DNA from: an uncultured Clostridia bacterium
GTDB taxonomy: Bacteria; Bacillota; Clostridia; Christensenellales; UBA1242
Assembly: GCA_934777435.1 (NCBI GenBank)
Contig: CAKVNK010000001.1
Location: forward strand, 247,203 to 311,202
Direction: 5' to 3'
DNA: 64,000 nucleotides
Part shown: positions 9,474-20,175 of the stretch, one piece after another
How positions within the stretch are numbered: position 1 is the stretch's first letter
Layout of the letters: each line of letters opens with the position of its first letter
The notes under the pieces: model-generated
The model's database searches: none
Told to the model about the DNA's origin: nothing
Seen by the model: only the letters and a program-made list of their open reading frames with translations
Translations under genes and position numbers: made by a program

Positions 9474-9541
9474 AATTCAACCAATACCAATGGTTTTATT
9501 CATTGAAAATGGTGGAAACGCCAATTAAGGTTGAATTTTTT
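9474..9541 (+). ncRNA. Candidate small structured RNA (three-way junction plus U-tract), unclassified
   Basis: A 9-bp outer stem AATTCAACC(9474-9482)/GGTTGAATT(9529-9537) encloses two hairpins. Hairpin 1 is CAATG-8nt-CATTG (9488-9505). Hairpin 2 is TGGTG-GAAA-CGCCA (9510-9523, GNRA-type loop). A T-run follows at 9536-9541. Confidence 0.4.
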
Positions 9542-9588
9542 AATGCAAAAACAACACAAAAACAATATGAATTGTTTGTTTAACATAA

Positions 9589-9617
9589 TTGACTATTTGC
9601 CATAAATTTGCTAGTAT
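9589..9617 (+). promoter_or_regulatory. Promoter TTGACT-17-TAGTAT placed 6 nt upstream of the nth ATG (leaderless geometry)
   Basis: TTGACT at 9589-9594 and TAGTAT at 9612-9617, then agacat and ATG 9624. There is no SD. Confidence 0.5.
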
Positions 9618-9623
9618 AGACAT

Positions 9624-11511
<1,888 letters not shown>

Positions 11512-11652
11512 ATCATTATTCAAACATACAAATTGTGTTAGATTAAAAAATATTAAAAATAGAAAAATTTAATAAAAATTTGCAAAAATTGTTAAAATTT
11601 AAGCAAATTTATGCAAAAAACATATAAATAATAAAAATTTTTAGGAGAAATT

Positions 11653-11946
11653 ATGTTAGATAAAAAACAAAGAATCGCATTACGTAGCCTTGCAAGTCAA
11701 TTAAAACCTGTTGTTTGGGTTGGTAAAGACGGTTTCACTCAAAACGTTTTGACGCAAATTGAACAACAACTTTTTGACCATGAATTGATTAAAATTGCAA
11801 TGCAAGAAAATACCATTCCACCAACAGAATTCGAATTGACCGAAATGGCTGTTAAACTCAATGCCGAAGTTGTTACAACCATTGGTAAAAAGATTGTGTT
11901 GTACCGTCACAGTGAAAAGAAAAACATTAAACACGTGTTAAATTAA
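11653..11946 (+). CDS. yhbY: YhbY-type CRM-domain RNA-binding protein (ribosome assembly)
   Basis: 97 aa. KKQRIALRSLASQLKPVVWVGKDGFTQNV matches the YhbY pattern. AGGAGA RBS. Confidence 0.85.
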   Translation: MLDKKQRIALRSLASQLKPVVWVGKDGFTQNVLTQIEQQLFDHELIKIAMQENTIPPTEFELTEMAVKLNAEVVTTIGKKIVLYRHSEKKNIKHVLN

Positions 11947-12106
11947 CGCGTGTTTTTTGATGCTAAACGATAATTATATTTATGAGAGTTATTGAAAAAT
12001 TGGTTTTTCCAACTTTTATTTTTCAAAACACTCATTTACTTATCAATTTATTGTTAGTTTTTAACAAAAACACAATAATTTTAATTACAATAATTAGTTA
12101 TCAATA

Positions 12107-12135
12107 TTGACAATCTCTCTCATTTATGCTATCAT
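12107..12135 (+). promoter_or_regulatory. Promoter TTGACA-17-TATCAT with an extended -10 (TGc)
   Basis: TTGACA at 12107-12112 and TGcTATCAT ending at 12135, about 30 nt upstream of the SD and ATG at 12166. Confidence 0.55.
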
Positions 12136-12165
12136 AAAAGCAGAATTATATAGGAGAATTTAGTT

Positions 12166-12813
12166 ATGTTTATGAAATTTACACACAATGAATTAACCCT
12201 TAGCGATGTATCCGCAACACTTTTTAAAGAATTTGAAAAAAGAACATCTGGTGATTTGCATTATAATTTTGATGGAGAATTAGCACAACCACTTGAAGTA
12301 ACAAAAGTATTTTTTGGTGCTGTTGGCTTAAAATTGTTCTTTGACAACAATTTAAAAAATGAAATTCCCGCTTGGCTTAAAGGTGATAAGGAATTAATCA
12401 ACGCATATTTTGAAGGTGCAAAAAAGATCTTCTTGAAAGATGCACTTAAAAAAGCAGAAGATGTTTTATACACTATCAACACTGAAGGCAAAGACAAAAC
12501 AACTGTAACTTTAGATTTCAGCAAATATAATTTTGATTACGCAACAATCTCTGTAATTCTCACTTATTTGATGACAAAGGGTTGGTATGTAAATTGGAAT
12601 GAACTTGACCACAGCTATCATGTTATTAATACTGACTGGGTGTGCAAATTTACTAAAGGCAAAGAAGTTAGTGCTGAAACATTGGTTGCAAGCACAATTT
12701 CAAGATTAGCAACAAGAGATTTCAAATTGGCTTATGTTGATATGTGGGAAGACCCAACAATCAATAGTTATGGCATTAAAAAACACTCTGATGACGACTC
12801 ACACTCAGTTTAA
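12166..12813 (+). CDS. Hypothetical protein (215 aa)
   Basis: AGGAGA RBS, its own promoter and a downstream terminator, and balanced composition. No family recognised. Confidence 0.7.
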   Translation: MFMKFTHNELTLSDVSATLFKEFEKRTSGDLHYNFDGELAQPLEVTKVFFGAVGLKLFFDNNLKNEIPAWLKGDKELINAYFEGAKKIFLKDALKKAEDVLYTINTEGKDKTTVTLDFSKYNFDYATISVILTYLMTKGWYVNWNELDHSYHVINTDWVCKFTKGKEVSAETLVASTISRLATRDFKLAYVDMWEDPTINSYGIKKHSDDDSHSV

Positions 12814-12860
12814 TACAATTTGATATTTTAAATTTGCATAATTATCATTAAAAAACAAAA

Positions 12861-12888
12861 ACAAGCAGAAACAACCTGCTTGTTTTTT
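12861..12888. terminator. Bidirectional rho-independent terminator
   Basis: ACAAGCAG-aaacaac-CTGCTTGT (8 bp) flanked by an A-run and a T-run. It lies between convergent genes. Confidence 0.8.
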
Positions 12889-12927
12889 ATTCTCACACTA
12901 ACAAGATTTTTGTAACTCAAAAATGCT

Positions 12928-13491
12928 CTATGTTTCAACACGAGTGTAATTTTTTATTATATGGTCAGTTTGTTTTGCTTGTTTATCGGTTTCTTGCAAG
13001 GTCGATTTTGATTTGCTTTTAAACAAATTTTTCAAACCACCAAATTTAAAAATTGACATAACAGATTCTAACATTTTTGGGTTTTGCATCACACCACTAA
13101 CCAACTGTTGAAAATCAAAACCAGAACTTGCACCGTTACCATTTTCACCCGATGTGGCATTTGCAAAGTTTGATGAAGTTAACCCAGAAAGCATTTTTGT
13201 CAAATCAGTGTTTCCATTTTTTGATAAGAGCCCCATTAAAATTGGCAACATGTTTTTAAAATCAAAATTAAAAGAAAATGGTGTGCATGGTGATGGTTTT
13301 GGTTGCTTTGGTGGTTTAGGCTTTGGCACACAATCACAATGATGTTTTTTAAAATCATTATCTATATAAAAAGATGGCAAACAATCATAAGGTTCAGCAA
13401 ACACCACTTTTTTAATTTGTTTTTTTTCAAAACCTTGAATAAAAGCATTTGGGTCACAAAAAATTGCATTTCGGCTATCTTCAAAATCCAT
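12928..13491 (-). CDS. Hypothetical protein (187 aa) with a Cys/Pro/Lys-rich segment
   Basis: The ORF contains HHCDCVPKPKPPKQPKPSPC followed by a G/S/N-rich region. No RBS is evident and the function is unknown. Confidence 0.5.
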   Translation of the reverse strand: MDFEDSRNAIFCDPNAFIQGFEKKQIKKVVFAEPYDCLPSFYIDNDFKKHHCDCVPKPKPPKQPKPSPCTPFSFNFDFKNMLPILMGLLSKNGNTDLTKMLSGLTSSNFANATSGENGNGASSGFDFQQLVSGVMQNPKMLESVMSIFKFGGLKNLFKSKSKSTLQETDKQAKQTDHIIKNYTRVET

Positions 13492-13845
13492 ATATTTATT
13501 TATGCAAAAATTAAAATTTTGTGAATATTAATATATAAAAAACAAACTGATAAATAATTAATTATATTTATTGAAAATCATTTTAAATTTTAAAAACAAA
13601 TAAAATAATAAAAAATTAAAAAAATAATAAAAAATGCTTAAAATACTATATTTTGGGTGTATTTTTGATATATTTTTAATTATTTAAATATTATTTTATT
13701 ATAATTATTAAAAATTTATGTTATTGCAAACCAAATCAGTTTATGAATTAATAAACAATTAATCAACTTTAAATGCTTATAATTTATTTAAAACAATTTG
13801 TCAAATTTTGGTGGATTTTCGCATATAAAATTTAAGCGAGGATTT

Positions 13846-14121
13846 ATGCCAAGAGATTTTAAATCATTTGTAAATGAAAACAAAAGCAAACTAAATGAGA
13901 ACCCTGAAAAGGTTAATGAATACCAAAACATAATCGACAAATATAAAGATATGGACAATGCCGAACTTATGCAAAATCTTATGCAAGAAGCCACCAAATT
14001 GAAACAACAAGGCAAGTTAGATAGTAGCCAATTAGATTCTCTTTCTTCCACCCTTTCACCATTTTTAAATAGTCAACAAAAAGAGATGTTGAATTCAATT
14101 ATAAAGGCAATAGATAGTTAA
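13846..14121 (+). CDS. Small helical hypothetical protein (91 aa) translationally coupled to the subtilase
   Basis: ATG 13846 has a GCGAGGA RBS (the ORF track starts earlier, at 13798). The stop TAA overlaps the next ATG (TAATG at 14119-14123). Confidence 0.6.
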   Translation: MPRDFKSFVNENKSKLNENPEKVNEYQNIIDKYKDMDNAELMQNLMQEATKLKQQGKLDSSQLDSLSSTLSPFLNSQQKEMLNSIIKAIDS

Positions 14122-15248
14122 TGCAAAATGAAAATTTAAAGCACAGTTTTAATCGTTCAAAAATAAACCCAGCCTTGTTTAAGCAAGTGACCGTGCAAGA
14201 TTTTAAGCAAAGCAAAACGGTGCTTGTTTCTTGCTTCAATTTTTGCAAAACACAGCAGGTTTTTGAAAGTTTAAATATCAAATATTGTGCCTACCCTTTT
14301 GCCAACTGTTTTTGCATAAATGTTACGCCAAGCGAATTACAAAAAATTTCACAAATAAAATGGGTGAAATACATTGACCCTTGTGTTAAAGTTTTTGCCG
14401 AACAAAAACAACAAGACAGCATAAATTTGGAAGGCCTAACACAAAGACAAAACATGGGCGATGGGCAAACAATTTGCTTTATTGACACTGGAATTTTTCC
14501 GCACTTTGACTTTGTTTTTCCACGTTATAGAATTAAAAAATTTGTTGATTTTGTAAACCATTATTCAACACCATATGACGACAATGGACATGGCACTTTT
14601 ATTGCTGGAATTGCTTGCGGAAATGGCACTTTAAATAAACAAAATCAAGGTTTTGCCCCCAATGCTGACATTGTTGCAATCAAAGCACTTGGCAACACCG
14701 GAACAAGTGATAGCAATGTGATTTTAGATGCAATGCAATGGGTTTACGAAAATTATAAGCAATATAAAATCTCGGTGGTCTGTATGAGTTTTGGTGCGGA
14801 TATTTTGAACTCTAACGACCCACTTTCTCGTGGAGCCGAAGCATTGTGGCGTAAAGGTTTAACAGTTGTGGCTGCCGCAGGAAACAGTGGTCCAGAATCT
14901 GGCACTATAAAATCACCCGGAAACAACCCCAATATTATAACTGTTGGTGGCGTTGACGAAAGCAGTATGCAAGTGGCAGATTTTTCTAGCCGAGGCCCTA
15001 CAATTTTTGGTTTTAAACCTGACCTTGTTGCCCCAGCAGTTGATGTTGTTGCGTGCGGAAATATTGAACCTTACACAACTATGTCTGGCACAAGTGTTGC
15101 AACCCCTATTGTTGCTGGAATTTGTGCTGATATTAAAGCAAAATATCCAAACATTAAAAACAATCAAATTAAACAATTTTTAATGATGAACTGCACACCA
15201 ATAACCGGAGATAAAAACCAAGAAGGTGCTGGTTTTTTAAAATTTTAG
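14121..15248 (+). CDS. Subtilisin-family (S8) serine peptidase with a propeptide-like N-terminus and no signal peptide
   Basis: Catalytic motifs are in order: CFIDTGI (Asp), DDNGHGTFIAG (His), AAAGNSG (oxyanion Asn), MSGTSVATPIVAG (Ser). The N-terminus is not hydrophobic. Confidence 0.88.
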   Translation: MQNENLKHSFNRSKINPALFKQVTVQDFKQSKTVLVSCFNFCKTQQVFESLNIKYCAYPFANCFCINVTPSELQKISQIKWVKYIDPCVKVFAEQKQQDSINLEGLTQRQNMGDGQTICFIDTGIFPHFDFVFPRYRIKKFVDFVNHYSTPYDDNGHGTFIAGIACGNGTLNKQNQGFAPNADIVAIKALGNTGTSDSNVILDAMQWVYENYKQYKISVVCMSFGADILNSNDPLSRGAEALWRKGLTVVAAAGNSGPESGTIKSPGNNPNIITVGGVDESSMQVADFSSRGPTIFGFKPDLVAPAVDVVACGNIEPYTTMSGTSVATPIVAGICADIKAKYPNIKNNQIKQFLMMNCTPITGDKNQEGAGFLKF

Positions 15249-15276
15249 TTACATTTTTTAAAAAAATATATAAAAG

Positions 15277-15305
15277 TTGCAATAAATTGCTGTTTTTGCT
15301 ATTAT
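15277..15305 (+). promoter_or_regulatory. Promoter TTGCAA-17-TATTAT (TGc extended) placed 6 nt upstream of the ATG (leaderless geometry)
   Basis: TTGCAA at 15277-15282, TATTAT at 15300-15305, ttttat, then ATG 15312. No SD. Confidence 0.5.
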
Positions 15306-15311
15306 TTTTAT

Positions 15312-15944
15312 ATGATTGAAATAAAAAATTTAAACATTAAGTATATTGAAAAGTTTTATTCAATATATAACTTAAATTTAAAAATTGAAAAAAATACACT
15401 GATTTTAGGTGACCAACTTTCAGGTGGTTACGCCTTATTGCGTGCCATTGCAAACATAAACAAAAACTATAAAGGTGAAATTTTGTTAGAAGGAAAACCG
15501 ATTAAAAAGGTTTCAGCAAAAAAACTTAACCTAGCATACCTGCCTGAAATGCCAACACTTTTCACCAACCTGTCAGCACGTAAAAATATTGAATATACTT
15601 TAAAAATCAGACATTATAAAAAAGCCGAACGCACACAACTTACTGACCAAATTATAGAAAAATATGGTATTGATTTTGAAAATGAAAAAGTAAAAAATTT
15701 AAGTGCAAGCAAGCAAAAAATTGTTGCTTTGTTACGTGCAGTTGTGCGTAAGCCAAGCATACTTTTAATTGAACATTTGTTTGCAAATTTGGAAAAGGAA
15801 TATATTGATTTAGCAAACAGAATAATTGATGATATTATGCAAGAAACTTTAATTATCGATTGCGAGATTGAACAACAAAACTGCCACAAAAATTTTGATA
15901 TTTATTCATTACAAAATGGCAGTTTAGTAAGCAACAAAGAATAA
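15312..15944 (+). CDS. ABC-ATPase-like protein with degenerate catalytic motifs
   Basis: It has the ABC fold order, but Walker A reads GDQLSGGYALL (no Lys), the signature reads LSASKQK, and Walker B reads ILLIEHLF. No permease gene is adjacent. Confidence 0.7.
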   Translation: MIEIKNLNIKYIEKFYSIYNLNLKIEKNTLILGDQLSGGYALLRAIANINKNYKGEILLEGKPIKKVSAKKLNLAYLPEMPTLFTNLSARKNIEYTLKIRHYKKAERTQLTDQIIEKYGIDFENEKVKNLSASKQKIVALLRAVVRKPSILLIEHLFANLEKEYIDLANRIIDDIMQETLIIDCEIEQQNCHKNFDIYSLQNGSLVSNKE

Positions 15945-16006
15945 TACTTAAAATTATTTTAAAAACATTTATAAAATATTTGCATTATTATATTTAAACC
16001 ACAAAC

Positions 16007-16036
16007 AAAAAAAACGCCTACAAATAGGCGTTTTTT
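16007..16036. terminator. Bidirectional rho-independent terminator
   Basis: CGCCTA-caaa-TAGGCG flanked by an A-run (16007-16014) and a T-run (16031-16036). It lies between the convergent ABC-like gene and clpC. Confidence 0.75.
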
Positions 16037-16166
16037 GTTTATCTATTTAGTCAATATTAAACCATACATAATCAGCCAATAAAACTAACAACTGACACAT
16101 TTTTAAATGGTTGTTTTGTTATTAATACTTATAAGCATTTAATGTTCAGTTAATATTGTTAACAAA

Positions 16167-18683
16167 TTATTTTTGTTGTGAATCTTCTTGTTCTGTTGAA
16201 GCATCGTCTGCTTTAACCAAGAAAACGAGTTTGTCGTCCTTATAATCAACAACAACTTTATCACCTGATTTGATTTCTCCTTTAAGCATTTTATCTGCCA
16301 AGTCGTCTTCAATTTTGCTGGTGATAAGACGTTTTAATGGACGTGCACCAAAATCGTCATTTGTGCCATTTTTAACAAGATAGTTTAAGGTTGAATTTGT
16401 GAATTTCAACTCTACACCACTTTGACGCAAGTTTTTGTTCAGTTCGGCAAGCATTTTCTTTGCTATTTCCTTCATAACAGGGGCTGACAATTTGTTAAAT
16501 ACAACAATGTTGTCAATACGGTTGATAAGTTCTGGGCGGAAATATTTTTTAAGTTCGGCAAGCATAACTGCTTGTTTATCTTCACTAGATGTTGCTTTGC
16601 CGTCTTTAAAGCCTAAATCAACGCTTGACTTATAAAGTTTATCGCTACCGATATTTGATGTTAAAATGATGATTGTGTTTTTGAAACTTACCACTTTACC
16701 ATGGCTATCAGTTAAACGACCATCGTCAAGAATTTGCAAAAGCATATTGAACACTTCTGGGTGTGCTTTTTCAATTTCATCAAATAAAACAACGCTATAA
16801 GGTTTACGGCGTACTTGTTCGGTTAATTGACCGCCATCATCAAAGCCAACATACCCTGGAGGGCTACCAATCAACTTGCTGACACTGTGGGCTTCCATAA
16901 ATTCACTCATGTCAAGACGTATGATTTTGTTTTCATCATCAAACAATGCTTCTGCAAGTGCTTTGCTGAGTTCAGTTTTACCAACACCAGTTGGGCCAAG
17001 GAACAAGAAACTGCCAATAGGACGTTTAGGGTCACGTATACCTATACGGCTACGGCGAATTGCTTTTGCAACTTTTTCAACTGCTTCGTCTTGCCCTTTA
17101 ACACGTTCACACAAAACTTTTTCGAGGTTAAGCAATTTTTCAGCTTCGCCTTCTGTAAGTTTTGTTAAAGGAATATGTGTCCATTTGCTTACAACTTCAG
17201 CAATATCTTGTTCACCAACCACAGCGGTTGCTGATTCTTTTGTTGCCGGAACATTGCTTGCTTGTTCAATTTCAGTTTTAAGTTTTGCAACTTGGTCACG
17301 AAGTTTTGAAGCACGCTCAAAGTTTTCTTGATTTACTGCATCGTCCTTTTCTGCTTCAAGTTTTTTAAGTTTTTCCTTCATTTCTTTAAGTTTAGGACTA
17401 TCGTAGTTTTGTTTAACTTTTGCCCTGCTTGATGCTTCGTCAATCAAGTCGATTGCTTTATCTGGTAAAGACCTATCTTGAATATAACGATCGCTTAAAT
17501 TTGCAGCCGCACTGATCGCTTCGTCAGTGATTTTAACATTATGGAAGGCCTCATAACTGTCACGCAAACCACGCAAAATTTCAATAGTTTGTTCAACAGT
17601 TGGCGGGTCGATTGTGATAGGTTGGAAACGGCGTTCCAAAGCCTTATCTTGTTCAATATATTTGCGGTATTCATCAGTTGTGGTTGCACCAATTGTTTGC
17701 ATTTCACCACGTGCAAGATATGGTTTTAACATATCTGCTGGGTTGGTTTCACCCTTTTCACTGCCGGCTTGTGCCAAAGTGTGGATTTCATCAATAAACA
17801 CAATAATATTTTTATTTTGAGTTATCATATCTATTGCATTTTTAAGTTTTTCTTCCATACTGCCACGATATTTTGTGCCAGCCATAAGCCCACCAATATC
17901 AAGGCTATAAATTGTTTTATTTTTAAGGAAAGCAGGCACATCACCAGCAACAATTCTGCGTGCCAAACCTTCAACAACTGCGGTTTTACCAACACCGGCT
18001 TCACCAATCAACACTGGGTTATTTTTGGTTTTACGGCACAAAATTTCAATCATACGCTCAATTTCGTTATCTCTGCCGATAATTGGGTCAATTTTACCAT
18101 TTTTTGCACGCAAAGTTAAATCTGAACCCATATCCAAAAGTTCTTGTGGCAATGGGCTTGTGTATTCTTGCTTTTGTGGTTTATTGCCTTTTGACATATT
18201 GCCAACTTGCACAAAACCATCTGTGTTAAAGCCTGTTGATTGTTGTGCATTATCATTGTCAACATTGTTTGCAATAAGCCCGATTGCTTTGTTACGCATT
18301 TCAAACACATTAAGTTTTAACACACCAGCCAAAATATTGATAGCATAACTATCATCTTGGCTAAGCAATGCAACCAAAAGGTGTTCAGTTGAAATGTACG
18401 CAGAGTTTGTGCGTTTTGCAACACTGCCAGCAATCATAAGCATTTCTTTGGTGCGTGGTGTTAATTCCACAACACTGCTTGGAATACTGTTTGGCATACT
18501 GTCTAACACTTGTTTGATAAGGTCAGCGTCAACATTATAGGCTTTAAGCAATCTGCTTGATTTACTTTCGATTTTAGTTAAAGCATACAAAATATGTTCA
18601 GTGCCAACTTCGTTGCCATATTCGCCTGCAATTTTGCTTGCAAGTTGAATACATCTGTTTGCTAAATCTGTAAGATTATACAT
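16167..18683 (-). CDS. clpC: ATP-dependent Clp protease ATPase subunit ClpC
   Basis: 838 aa with Clp_N repeats, two AAA+ modules (GEAGVGKT, GPTGVGKT) and a UVR motif (FERASKLRDQ). It is the last gene of the ctsR operon. Confidence 0.95.
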   Translation of the reverse strand: MYNLTDLANRCIQLASKIAGEYGNEVGTEHILYALTKIESKSSRLLKAYNVDADLIKQVLDSMPNSIPSSVVELTPRTKEMLMIAGSVAKRTNSAYISTEHLLVALLSQDDSYAINILAGVLKLNVFEMRNKAIGLIANNVDNDNAQQSTGFNTDGFVQVGNMSKGNKPQKQEYTSPLPQELLDMGSDLTLRAKNGKIDPIIGRDNEIERMIEILCRKTKNNPVLIGEAGVGKTAVVEGLARRIVAGDVPAFLKNKTIYSLDIGGLMAGTKYRGSMEEKLKNAIDMITQNKNIIVFIDEIHTLAQAGSEKGETNPADMLKPYLARGEMQTIGATTTDEYRKYIEQDKALERRFQPITIDPPTVEQTIEILRGLRDSYEAFHNVKITDEAISAAANLSDRYIQDRSLPDKAIDLIDEASSRAKVKQNYDSPKLKEMKEKLKKLEAEKDDAVNQENFERASKLRDQVAKLKTEIEQASNVPATKESATAVVGEQDIAEVVSKWTHIPLTKLTEGEAEKLLNLEKVLCERVKGQDEAVEKVAKAIRRSRIGIRDPKRPIGSFLFLGPTGVGKTELSKALAEALFDDENKIIRLDMSEFMEAHSVSKLIGSPPGYVGFDDGGQLTEQVRRKPYSVVLFDEIEKAHPEVFNMLLQILDDGRLTDSHGKVVSFKNTIIILTSNIGSDKLYKSSVDLGFKDGKATSSEDKQAVMLAELKKYFRPELINRIDNIVVFNKLSAPVMKEIAKKMLAELNKNLRQSGVELKFTNSTLNYLVKNGTNDDFGARPLKRLITSKIEDDLADKMLKGEIKSGDKVVVDYKDDKLVFLVKADDASTEQEDSQQK

Positions 18684-18702
18684 AATATCATCTCCTTTTA
18701 TT

Positions 18703-19611
18703 TTATTTGTTTGTTAATATTTTTTTAACTTTTTCAGCCAAATCAAGTTGTTCTTGTTTTGTTGTAAATTGGTCAAGTTTTGCATCTACCAATGATTGTA
18801 ATGCGTCAATTTGGGTTTGTTTAATATCTGTTAAACCAAGGTTTACACCCACACGCAATAAATCAAGGTTGGTTTTAAGTTCGTCATAATTAAGCATATA
18901 TGCACCATTAAGCAAACTTAAACTGCGGTAAACTTTATCGGTGATTTCTTCTTGATTTGTTGTGAAAAGCATTTTTTCAGTTTCGGTTTCAAGTTCAGCA
19001 AGTTTGTTGATTGTTCTGCCAAATTCAGCATATGTTTCGGTTGAAGTTAAACCAAGTGAACAAACAGTGCTTACCCTATAAGTTGTGCCAGCCACTTTTG
19101 AAATTTCATAGCCCAAATTTTTGATATTTTGACAAACTTGATTGATTTTGCCCATTTCAACAAGTGCGGTCAAATTGATTAAACCTTCCACTTGCACACC
19201 AGAACCAAGATTTTTAATATTACTCATAAGATAACCATATTGGTCGTTATAAGCCATATTCAATTTGCTTTCAAGTGCATGAATTGTTGTGGCAAGTTTT
19301 TGACCAAGATTTTCACTAAAACCAAGGCTAGACGCAACGATGCATAAGTGTTCTTCACCAAATAAATTAACTGCAACGTTATCTTTGGTTAAATAAACCA
19401 CTTTTGCACCATTAACAATCAAATCACTTTGCCTTAAAAAGTTGAGTGTTGCTTGGTTTGTGTTGCCTAAATTGAGTTTTGTTAAATCTTTAAGGGCTTC
19501 ATCAACTTTTTGTTCAATTTCGGCATACTTGTTTTGTTCAAGTTTTGGCATAAATTTATAATCTTTTAAATTACGGAAAACTGAAACTTTTGTGCGAATT
19601 ATATTAGTCAT
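18703..19611 (-). CDS. mcsB: McsB-like protein (arginine kinase family), short and divergent
   Basis: It sits between mcsA and clpC. VSVFRNLKDYKF and GEEHLCIV resemble guanidino-kinase motifs. At 302 aa, the usual Cys-containing signature is not recognisable (see findings). Confidence 0.7.
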   Translation of the reverse strand: MTNIIRTKVSVFRNLKDYKFMPKLEQNKYAEIEQKVDEALKDLTKLNLGNTNQATLNFLRQSDLIVNGAKVVYLTKDNVAVNLFGEEHLCIVASSLGFSENLGQKLATTIHALESKLNMAYNDQYGYLMSNIKNLGSGVQVEGLINLTALVEMGKINQVCQNIKNLGYEISKVAGTTYRVSTVCSLGLTSTETYAEFGRTINKLAELETETEKMLFTTNQEEITDKVYRSLSLLNGAYMLNYDELKTNLDLLRVGVNLGLTDIKQTQIDALQSLVDAKLDQFTTKQEQLDLAEKVKKILTNK

Positions 19612-20110
19612 TTTCTGCCTCCAACTTTTGAATTTTTTTCTTCAATTTGCCAGCATCTTCATATCTTTCTTCTGCAACGGCTTGTTTCATTTCAGCACGC
19701 AAGGCATCAATTTTTTCTTGCTTCGTGGCTGGTTTTGATTCCTTTTCTGCCTTTGCTGGTTTACCCGCTATTTCTGCCTTGTGGTGGTCTGTGCGAGAGA
19801 TACGTTTTATCATATCTTTTAATTGTTTGCTGAAAGTTTCATAGCAATTTGGACAACCCAAATGCAATGTAGATTTAAACTCTCTTAAACTTGTTTTGCA
19901 AACTGGACAAACCAAATTTTCAACTTTTTCAAATGGTAAGAAATCTGCAAACGGAGCAAAGAAATCGTCGAAAATGCTTGTTGGTTCGCTGTTAAAAACG
20001 CCTTCTTTTATTGCACAATCACGGCATAAATTTGTTGTTTGGCTTACGCCATTAACAATCAATGTTGAATGGTAAACAGCTGGTTTACCGCATCTATCAC
20101 AATTATTCAT
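19604..20110 (-). CDS. mcsA: McsA (zinc-finger / UVR-domain activator of McsB)
   Basis: CxxC pairs (CDRCGK..CRDCA, CPVCK..CPNC) and a C-terminal UVR-like EERYEDAGKLKKKIQKLE. Confidence 0.85.
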   Translation of the reverse strand: MNNCDRCGKPAVYHSTLIVNGVSQTTNLCRDCAIKEGVFNSEPTSIFDDFFAPFADFLPFEKVENLVCPVCKTSLREFKSTLHLGCPNCYETFSKQLKDMIKRISRTDHHKAEIAGKPAKAEKESKPATKQEKIDALRAEMKQAVAEERYEDAGKLKKKIQKLEAEND

Positions 20111-20175
20111 AATAAATCTCCTTTTTAACTAAAATTCTGGTTGAATTATCTAATTTTTTATTCTTTTTTTATTTT

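Noticed and set aside
13492-13797. A 300-nt, extremely AT-rich intergenic tract, considered as a replication origin, CRISPR leader or repeat array.
   Set aside because: I found no cluster of DnaA-box-like 9-mers (TTATCCACA), no regularly spaced direct repeats, and no flanking dnaA, dnaN or cas genes. It is most simply a divergent promoter region.
16435-18348. Antisense and off-frame ORFs within clpC (for example 16876-17331, 17769-18119, 18025-18348).
   Set aside because: Same reasoning as for rpoBC. They are embedded in a well-supported 838-aa ClpC frame and have no translation signals.
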